This document shows positions 57,557 through 64,000 of a DNA stretch of 64,000 nucleotides, piece by piece. Location of the stretch: positions 1 through 64,000 of the IMG/VR virus record IMGVR_UViG_3300042691_044383. One strand, 5' to 3'. The notes under the pieces were generated by a model. It was not told the origin of the DNA and did not search any database. It saw nothing but the letters and a program-made list of their open reading frames with translations. The stretch's first letter is position 1. Every line of letters starts with the position of its first letter. The position numbers and the translations under genes are program-made. The stretch comes from an uncultured virus (IMG/VR IMGVR_UViG_3300042691_044383) (lineage: Duplodnaviria > Heunggongvirae > Uroviricota > Caudoviricetes).

Positions 57557-57848
57557 TGAATTCTCCTAAGGATAAATTGGCCACGACGGAATACGTGCAG
57601 GCGGATCCAGCGTGCGGTCGAACTAACCTACTCGCGGGTATCTCCTTGAAAGTGTTGGCCGGGCCGTACGGAAGGATTACCTGGTTTCCAAGCTTAGACG
57701 AGCACATGTCTTCGCATTGACTCAAAAACCACCCTGCCGGCTGAAACTTATTGACCTGGGATTCGAGAACTGTTGCCAGGCTTTCCGGAGTCGATTGCTG
57801 TGTCTCGCAGTACCGAGTGGCAAACGCCTCAAAACTAAGATTTTCCAT
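57546..57848 (-). CDS. Hypothetical protein
   Basis: ATG 57848; overlaps both neighbours. Confidence 0.55.
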   Translation of the reverse strand: MENLSFEAFATRYCETQQSTPESLATVLESQVNKFQPAGWFLSQCEDMCSSKLGNQVILPYGPANTFKEIPASRLVRPHAGSACTYSVVANLSLGEFNAR

Positions 57849-58047
57849 TTTTCTTTTCACAAAAGAGCTGCTCACCAGCACCAGGTGAGCAGCTACCGTA
57901 ACTTGTCCTTGGTACAAAGTTCGAACAAGACGCAGGCAGCGACCCCGGCGGTTTTAATCCTTTTTGGCCTTTTGCTTTCGGCTGGTACCGTTTGCAATGT
58001 TCTCTAAAACCACAATTAATACCGGAACACAATTCGCTACCTTCCAT
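57835..58047 (-). CDS. Small Cys-rich protein
   Basis: C.G..C...C.RY motif; GAGG SD. Confidence 0.5.
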   Translation of the reverse strand: MEGSELCSGINCGFREHCKRYQPKAKGQKGLKPPGSLPASCSNFVPRTSYGSCSPGAGEQLFCEKKNGKS

Positions 58048-58088
58048 CTTTACTTACCTCTTTTTGGTGCCAGCGTTAGCTGGATCTG

Positions 58089-58583
58089 TCATTTCCAAAT
58101 ACCGCTAAGGAGCTCTACGGTTCCGCTCACCGTGGTGTTACCTTCTTTCGGTTGCTTGCCGCTTTTCGACTGGAAGCTTACCTTGCACTTCTCGACCTCC
58201 GCCTTGAAGTGCGCTTCGATCAGCGGGTTGACGGGTACTGGCCGGCTTGCCTTTATCAGTGTACCCATGACACCGCTGTCACCGAATAGATTACTTAGCC
58301 ACGCGAGACTCTCGCGAGGCGCACTACCGCTGTCCAGCGACTGCGCGTAAAGCAAAATTGTCGGGGCGAGGTGTTGGTCAAGTTTGAATGGCGGGCACGC
58401 GGAACTGGGCTCGGCCTTGACGAGATGATAGTCGACACCGAGGACGATCTTGCCGCTTACGGCTTGCGGAGGCAACTTCAATTTCTTCTTCTTTTCAAAA
58501 TCCTCCTTCAGCTTTTCCAGCAGTTTGATTGTGGCAACCAGATCCTCTAGCGTTATGGTTGCATTCGACGGCGTTAAACTCAT
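58089..58583 (-). CDS. Hypothetical protein
   Basis: ATG 58583 with GGAG SD. Confidence 0.55.
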   Translation of the reverse strand: MSLTPSNATITLEDLVATIKLLEKLKEDFEKKKKLKLPPQAVSGKIVLGVDYHLVKAEPSSACPPFKLDQHLAPTILLYAQSLDSGSAPRESLAWLSNLFGDSGVMGTLIKASRPVPVNPLIEAHFKAEVEKCKVSFQSKSGKQPKEGNTTVSGTVELLSGIWK

Positions 58584-58893
58584 GTGTTTCTCCAAGTAGT
58601 CGTTCTTCAATGAATTCGATTTCAGCGGCAATTGCATCCTGCCGCCGAGCGTACGGCCCTAGCGTGGGGCCGTCAAAAATGTTGGCTTGCCAGCGGCATC
58701 GCCAAGTTCTGGTCCAACAAGCTATTTTCGAATCGTCGCGGACGCGGTTTCGTATCGTTCGGAAGACAAAGCGTAGAAACCGGTTTGCAGGTTCGACGTG
58801 GCTGACTCGCTTTCGATCCGTCAAACCGAGAGCCCGCGTTACTTCGTTCTCCAGGCTCTCGATTTTTCCGTCAGGATGGATGATTATGCGCAT
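58495..58893 (-). CDS. Conserved small protein of the AAA/DUF2997/DUF1257 module
   Basis: I.PDG...R.SHVEP...W.A...GP.LGP..RR..A..AE. Confidence 0.7.
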   Translation of the reverse strand: MRIIIHPDGKIESLENEVTRALGLTDRKRVSHVEPANRFLRFVFRTIRNRVRDDSKIACWTRTWRCRWQANIFDGPTLGPYARRQDAIAAEIEFIEERLLGETHEFNAVECNHNARGSGCHNQTAGKAEGGF

Positions 58894-60110
58894 GCCCGGT
58901 CAATCTTTCGTCCGACCCTTTGCACTTTCCTTATCTCGATTTCCTTTTCGGAAATTCGATTAAGAAGCGAGGTGAAGGTTTGTTTCGCCGTAGCTCGAGC
59001 ATAGCCGTTGTCCCGAATGTTTCGGGTGACGCTGTCTGCGGAGCTACCCATACCGGACAGTGTGTCTTGGATCTCTTTGGCGAGATCGATAACGGGTTTG
59101 CCTTCCTCGCCCAGCATGTTCTGGACGGAAGAGATTTTATCCGCAAGCCATTGCAAGTTGCTGAAACCGCTTTGCGTCAGGGTCCGGTGCTCGTCGGTCT
59201 CGTAAGGCCTTAACGCCAAGTATTCTTGCTCGGTAAGCAAAACACTTTGTTCTTTGCCCGTCTGCTTGAAACCGCCTTTGCCGTTCTGCACGCATTGTTG
59301 CACAACAACTTGCACGTAGCCTGTCGGTATCTCTGGGTTATCGCTGTTCCGCAGGATCTCGCGAACCTCGGCGTCACGCAGACTAGCGTACTGACCGTCG
59401 ATAGGGGGCGACAGTCGAATGCGTTTCCCGCAGTTGCGAGCAACGGTTGCAACCATTTCTTTGAGCTCAAAGACGAGCTCTCCGACCGCACCGTTGACCG
59501 ACGCTTGCAATCTTTGCTCGGCCTGTACGCGAAGCTTTTCGCTTGTTGCAGGAGCCAGACTGTCCACGGTGATTGTCGCATTGTACTGCTCAATTCGCGG
59601 CACGTCGCAAGTGATCGCGTCCGCGATTTCCTCGGCAGTCGGGTATTTGCGTTCGACAACTGCCCAGTCCTTGCCGAGTTTTATGCGGTCGCTTTCGCGA
59701 ATCTTTTCGTAATTCTCGGGTGAAGCAACACGCTTACCCCACGCAAGGTACTGGTCCCGCATGGCGTTGAACCGTGAAAGAAAATCGTCCAGCCTCGCCG
59801 CCTCGATCAGGTAAGAGCCTGGAACCTTTTCTGGTTTCAGGTTTTCCGTGTCTGCGGCAGTTCCGACCAAGGTGTACTCCGGAATGGTGTATTCGTCCCG
59901 GATGATGTTGAGGAGTCGCCGCAGCCCCGCTCCTTCTTTGATGAGATCGTCGTTAGACGCACCGAGGATCGCGTAAGATCCTCGCAGCACCTTGGCGTCG
60001 ACGTTCTGTTCGCGGGCAAGTACGGCTTTCGCCTGCTCAGTCAGGCCGAGTGACGAAGGCAACCAACCGACCGTGTACTTGATGGTAAGGTATGTGACTT
60101 GGTTTTCCAT
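58884..60110 (-). CDS. DUF3150-like helical protein of the AAA module
   Basis: 408 aa; TIP..G.YLI....F..F...Y....R.KLG...YPT pattern and position. Confidence 0.55.
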   Translation of the reverse strand: MENQVTYLTIKYTVGWLPSSLGLTEQAKAVLAREQNVDAKVLRGSYAILGASNDDLIKEGAGLRRLLNIIRDEYTIPEYTLVGTAADTENLKPEKVPGSYLIEAARLDDFLSRFNAMRDQYLAWGKRVASPENYEKIRESDRIKLGKDWAVVERKYPTAEEIADAITCDVPRIEQYNATITVDSLAPATSEKLRVQAEQRLQASVNGAVGELVFELKEMVATVARNCGKRIRLSPPIDGQYASLRDAEVREILRNSDNPEIPTGYVQVVVQQCVQNGKGGFKQTGKEQSVLLTEQEYLALRPYETDEHRTLTQSGFSNLQWLADKISSVQNMLGEEGKPVIDLAKEIQDTLSGMGSSADSVTRNIRDNGYARATAKQTFTSLLNRISEKEIEIRKVQRVGRKIDRACA

Positions 60111-60114
60111 TGAA

Positions 60115-61914
60115 TTATTCCTTTGCTCGTGTTAGTTTTCGAACGACGCGTGGCTTCACGGAGTTTACTGCATCCATCGCTGCCTTTTTCTGGAAGCGTT
60201 CACCTGTCTCAGCGCAGATGCAGCCGGCGGCCTCGGCCCATCCCAACAAGTTATCCATTTGTTCTTTGTTCTTCTCGTAAGAGGGTGTTACCCACTTAGC
60301 GGCGGTTGCAACAGGTACACGTTGCATTTCAGCTAGCCGACAGCACGCTGCGATGTCTGCAGGAGTCCAAAATTGATCCTTCGGAAGCTCTTGCGGTTGA
60401 AGATCGTGCCTTGCCATGTACATCTCCCATGCGTGGTTCTTCGCTTCGCTTCCGGGGAAGCCGACGAAAAACAAAGCATCGACGCGACCGGACCGCGTGA
60501 TCTCGTCAGGGAGATTCGCAATGTTGTTTGCCGCCGAGAGGATAACTGTGCTGTTCTGATCGTTAAACCAGGTCAGCAGCGTTCCTAACATACGGTTTTC
60601 CAAACCTCCGGCTTCCCCCGAGCTTCCGCCTTGCGGGAGAAATCTTTGAAACTCGTCGATAGCCAAGATCCCACCGATCTCTTCCACCGTGCGAAGCATG
60701 TTCGCCAGGATTTTGTCGGTGTCGCCAACCCACTTCGAATACAGGTTGCTAGCCTGCATCGAGGACAACGGCAGTCGAAACTCCCCGGAGCAGCACTTCG
60801 GGGTCATCGACTTTCCGGTACCTGGAACACCGAGCATGAAAACGTGTCGCAGCTTGGAGCGATCCGGCACCGCTGGACTAAAGCCGTTTTTAAGGTACGA
60901 CTTCAAGCTCGTCAGCCCGATAATCGAGTCAAAGGTGTAGAAGTTCCGCTCGGGACGGTAAAGCTTGTTGAAGTCTTCCGCCGGCATTGGGTCTAGCCAA
61001 CGATCGACTTTCTTACCCCCTTGCGTGAAACTGATACGCGCACGCAACTCTTGCTGTGAGGGATACTCTTCAGACAACAGCGTGACGTCCACAGCGTCGC
61101 GGAGTTCCTCAACAGTTTCCTCGGGCCACAGCTTGATGGCCTGTTGAAACGCCGGAGACCACACGTCCAGCTTCGAGCTGCGACTCAAGTGCATCGCCTT
61201 TTTGTGAAAAAGGAAAGGCGGATCAAAGACACCCTTTTCGGCAAGCGACTCGGCGCCGTACTGCTGGATCTTGGCTCGTGACAAACCTGCAATGGCTTCG
61301 ATCGTCGTTGCTTCCACATCTGATTCTTCGTCCAGTGCGTGCAGCAGTTCTTTCCGCTCGTCTTCGTCCGGCAAGTTGTGCTGCAAAACCTCGAAATGTT
61401 CTACCAACTCGTAAGGCAACTCGAAGTCCGGCGACGTTTGAGCGATCAAGAAAACTCGAGCGTTTTGCCCTTCGGCGATCAGCTTTTGCGTTTGCGCTAG
61501 AATGAGTGGGTCGACTTGACCGCTAGCCATCCCGTTCGGAAACAGGTGCCGGTCGTAGTTGCGTACGATGAGGACAAGCTTCTTCACCATATCGTCAGCC
61601 ATGTTTTCCGGGGCGATGCCTTCCTGCTCCAGTGCGATACGGTTGCGGGCGTTGCTTATCGCGTATTCAAGCGAGCTGTATAGCGACGTCTTTCCAAGGG
61701 CAAGGCCTTCGTCGAGCTTTACCGCGCGGCCTTGAATATCCGTCAGACCGTCGACAGCATCCCAGCTAATCAAGATAATGCCTTCCGGACCGGGTGTTCG
61801 AGCGTGTTCAAGGGCGTAGCCCAGTAGTTCGTTGTGCACGTCCTCCGGTTCAACAGAGGTTACGCAAATGCCTGCCTGACCGGACGCCAAGTACTTCAAA
61901 ATCGTTTTAAGCAT
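60115..61914 (-). CDS. Ycf46-like AAA+ ATPase
   Basis: Degenerate N-terminal P-loop domain; GVPGTGKS, SKWVG, IDEF, AAN..LP.E..RSGR.D; start ATG 61914. Confidence 0.9.
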   Translation of the reverse strand: MLKTILKYLASGQAGICVTSVEPEDVHNELLGYALEHARTPGPEGIILISWDAVDGLTDIQGRAVKLDEGLALGKTSLYSSLEYAISNARNRIALEQEGIAPENMADDMVKKLVLIVRNYDRHLFPNGMASGQVDPLILAQTQKLIAEGQNARVFLIAQTSPDFELPYELVEHFEVLQHNLPDEDERKELLHALDEESDVEATTIEAIAGLSRAKIQQYGAESLAEKGVFDPPFLFHKKAMHLSRSSKLDVWSPAFQQAIKLWPEETVEELRDAVDVTLLSEEYPSQQELRARISFTQGGKKVDRWLDPMPAEDFNKLYRPERNFYTFDSIIGLTSLKSYLKNGFSPAVPDRSKLRHVFMLGVPGTGKSMTPKCCSGEFRLPLSSMQASNLYSKWVGDTDKILANMLRTVEEIGGILAIDEFQRFLPQGGSSGEAGGLENRMLGTLLTWFNDQNSTVILSAANNIANLPDEITRSGRVDALFFVGFPGSEAKNHAWEMYMARHDLQPQELPKDQFWTPADIAACCRLAEMQRVPVATAAKWVTPSYEKNKEQMDNLLGWAEAAGCICAETGERFQKKAAMDAVNSVKPRVVRKLTRAKE

Positions 61915-62254
61915 GTTCTTCTTCCCGTATGTATTCACCACAAAGAGATTTTTTAAGTTTTTCAACCACTAAAGGGTAACGACAGCAAAGCACGCGTTTT
62001 TCGTGCTTTTCCAGTTGTTTTTTCCACAGGTCAAGCCGATATTCGTCGATAAACGCAATATCCGAATCAACAGGGGCCTGCCACTTGAACCAAAGGAACC
62101 TGCGGGTAACGGTCGCTGGGGTTACCGCAGGCTGCTCCCCGGGATGTTTGAACTCCGCAGCAAACACGCAGCTTTCGCACGATGGATGCTGCGGCTTACA
62201 GCTCTCTATCTTTTCGTCTTCCACTTTTTCAGCTTCCACTTTGTCGTCTTCCAT
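61907..62254 (-). CDS. Cys-containing hypothetical protein
   Basis: CESC.F...CCRYP...CGEY. Confidence 0.55.
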   Translation of the reverse strand: MEDDKVEAEKVEDEKIESCKPQHPSCESCVFAAEFKHPGEQPAVTPATVTRRFLWFKWQAPVDSDIAFIDEYRLDLWKKQLEKHEKRVLCCRYPLVVEKLKKSLCGEYIREEEHA

Positions 62255-62651
62255 TTAATTCGTAGTAAACAGAGGTCGCAGTATCTCCGGCTATTGCGTA
62301 GATTTCGCGGTGATCAGGCGTTCTGGATGAGGTTACCTCGCTGTCCGAAAAACCTGAGTGCCACCAATCCTTGTCTTTTTCTGAAGACGATCCGCATAAG
62401 TCGTCGCATATCAGCGACATTAAATCGTCGATTAACCTGGCGCGAGCGACTAGCACGAAGTTGTCTACGTGATTGACCTCGGCCACCAACCGAAATCGTT
62501 TGTCCTCCATAAGCCTTTTTCGTATTGCGGGCAATCCGATGAGCATTTTTTGACGAATGGGGCAGTCGACAAACTGTTGTTTATCGACTGCCCCATCTTT
62601 GTTATCTTTTTTCATGCTTTCTTGCAGCTTTTTAAACCAGTCCGACATCAC
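62229..62651 (-). CDS. Hypothetical protein
   Basis: GTGA-coupled to DUF2997-like gene. Confidence 0.55.
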   Translation of the reverse strand: MMSDWFKKLQESMKKDNKDGAVDKQQFVDCPIRQKMLIGLPAIRKRLMEDKRFRLVAEVNHVDNFVLVARARLIDDLMSLICDDLCGSSSEKDKDWWHSGFSDSEVTSSRTPDHREIYAIAGDTATSVYYELNGRRQSGS

Positions 62652-62845
62652 TGCCTCATCCTTTCGGCGATAGGCGGTTGAGGTATGTGGTACTCCGGTT
62701 TCAAAACTTGAGCCGCCGGAGCTTCTCCGATGAGCGTTTCCTTAAGCGGCTGCGTGGCCTTCACGCAACTTCCGCCGGTAAACCCGCTCGCCTCGATGCT
62801 TGTTTGACCGTCCGGTTGAATGGTGACTGTGATTGTTTTTTCCAC
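62648..62845 (-). CDS. DUF2997 family protein
   Basis: I.VTI.PDG.T.IE..GF.G.SC..AT..L...L......KPEY. Confidence 0.85.
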   Translation of the reverse strand: MEKTITVTIQPDGQTSIEASGFTGGSCVKATQPLKETLIGEAPAAQVLKPEYHIPQPPIAERMRQ

Positions 62846-62847
62846 GC

Positions 62848-63546
62848 TTAGCGACCTTTCACTTGATAAACTAATCTGCCGTCAGGCATTGCGACACGTG
62901 TGACTTGACCGTAGGCAGGGTTGCCCATAGCCATTTGTTGTTGAATGACTCGCTCAGTGGCCCTCGCGGCGTAACCTTGCTTGAGCTGGTTAGCCCAATT
63001 GTCTACGCCTGCCTTCGACTCGTGCTTGCCGAGACCTTTGGCGTTCAGCAACCCGTTACCCTGGCTGAAAAAGTCCATCATCAGCACGAATTCGCCGTTG
63101 CGGAACGGGTGCGGAATAACACCAATCTCGTAGGCCCCCTTGTTGCCTTCGCCCGCCTTGTAACGAATGACGTACTGACAATCTTTGCTCATGCGTTCCT
63201 TGACAATTCTCGTGTACGCAGCGTGCACTTTCTCGTTCTGCAAAAGTCTTTTCTGCGTAGCCAGATTCCAAGGTTGGCTTTCCAGGTCGGAAAGCTTAGC
63301 TGGAAGCGTTACGCCCATCTCTTTTGCAATAACGGCAAGGTCGAACCCTTCCAGGCTAAGTTCGTTTGCCAAGATGGCCTGGTAAAACCCAGGAATAGGA
63401 TAATCTCCGGCCAGCCTGCCGTGGTCGGTTATCCACGTGCGGTACTGCGTACCTTCGACCAACTCAAGCTGCGGACACTGCTCTTTTACCACCTGCGAGA
63501 GAGCAGTGATGTCCTTAACACAAAAACCGTTCACTAAATGGCTCAT
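62848..63546 (-). CDS. DUF1257-like protein with internal insertion
   Basis: MSH..., YEIGV, L..DF, L.Q.YA, DG.L. Confidence 0.65.
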   Translation of the reverse strand: MSHLVNGFCVKDITALSQVVKEQCPQLELVEGTQYRTWITDHGRLAGDYPIPGFYQAILANELSLEGFDLAVIAKEMGVTLPAKLSDLESQPWNLATQKRLLQNEKVHAAYTRIVKERMSKDCQYVIRYKAGEGNKGAYEIGVIPHPFRNGEFVLMMDFFSQGNGLLNAKGLGKHESKAGVDNWANQLKQGYAARATERVIQQQMAMGNPAYGQVTRVAMPDGRLVYQVKGR

Positions 63547-63556
63547 GTTGACTCCA

Positions 63557-63593
63557 TAAAAAAACCACCCGGCCAGAAACCTAGCCGGGTGGT
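63557..63593 (-). terminator. Intrinsic terminator abutting next SD
   Basis: ACCACCCGGC/GCCGGGTGGT stem, T-run, then ATGGAG on minus. Confidence 0.75.
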
Positions 63594-63614
63594 CACGCGT
63601 TGAAGGGTGCTAGA

Positions 63615-63899
63615 CTAACGGCAGCAACGAGCTCGCCGTGTCGTAAATACTCGTTTCACGGGACGAGTTGCAACTGCAACCGCCTTTTGCGTGGCGCAGG
63701 TTGCGGACTGCACCGTGGACTGTACAACGTGCTCGACAGCGTGTACAGCGGTCTCGGTTGCCTCGAATACCGGCGTTGCTACTGCGGTAACCGTGTTTCG
63801 TACAGGCTTACGGCAGGTACCGCTGCCGCAGTCTTGCGCCGACGCAAAACTGGAACTGGCAACAACTAAAAGCAAGTACTTCCAGGGGGTAATCTTCAT
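63615..63899 (-). CDS. Small secreted Cys-containing protein
   Basis: Signal-peptide-like N-terminus ending ASA-Q, then DCGSGTC..PVR and Arg/Cys tail. Confidence 0.6.
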   Translation of the reverse strand: MKITPWKYLLLVVASSSFASAQDCGSGTCRKPVRNTVTAVATPVFEATETAVHAVEHVVQSTVQSATCATQKAVAVATRPVKRVFTTRRARCCR

Positions 63900-64000
63900 T
63901 CTTCTTCTGCTCCCGATAAGGATACTATTTGTTGCAGCTGACGTACTACAACTTCTGTCGAACCGTTGCTCAATGGTAACATACGCAGTTGATCCATCAA

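Noticed and set aside
1..64000. Many plus-strand and nested ORFs of 60-260 aa
   Set aside because: Shadow frames of well-supported genes, with no recognisable motifs
1..64000. Stop-codon reassignment, tRNA/rRNA genes, integrase or att sites
   Set aside because: Conserved genes are intact and end in TAA, TGA and TAG; no such features recognised by eye (tRNAscan/Infernal not run)

Overview
A 64-kb, gene-dense segment that looks like a large tailed dsDNA phage genome read in the standard code. Almost every gene is on the minus strand and many are coupled by overlapping stop/start codons. Only three convincing plus-strand genes exist: DUF6165-like, terminase large subunit, and a probable virion protein. 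Layout: glycosyltransferases and a portal-like protein (0-3.6 kb); a long replication/recombination block (6.7-29.6 kb) with endonuclease VII-like, DEDDh exonuclease, RecA, SSB-like, thymidylate kinase, family A polymerase with an N-terminal UDG-like domain, primase, DnaB, SF2 helicase and SbcCD; an accessory region of small genes (30-50 kb); terminase; and a Ycf46-like AAA/DUF2997/DUF1257 module (58-63.5 kb) that hints at a Planctomycetota host (inference). The strongest candidates for something new are: (1) a Nop/IS110(Tas)-like gene coupled to a stand-alone Cas7-group RAMP-like gene, sitting between sbcC and an SF2 helicase and followed by two hairpins, with no visible guide array; (2) two mosaic proteins whose shuffled modules are joined by ten in-frame DNA palindromes, one with a compensatory base-pair change; (3) a ~45-bp inverted-repeat pair with DnaA-box-like motifs and an ATT run, next to a Zn-finger Rep-like gene. 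All family assignments come from motifs recognised by eye; no searches were run. No tRNA, rRNA, CRISPR array, integrase or reverse transcriptase was recognised.
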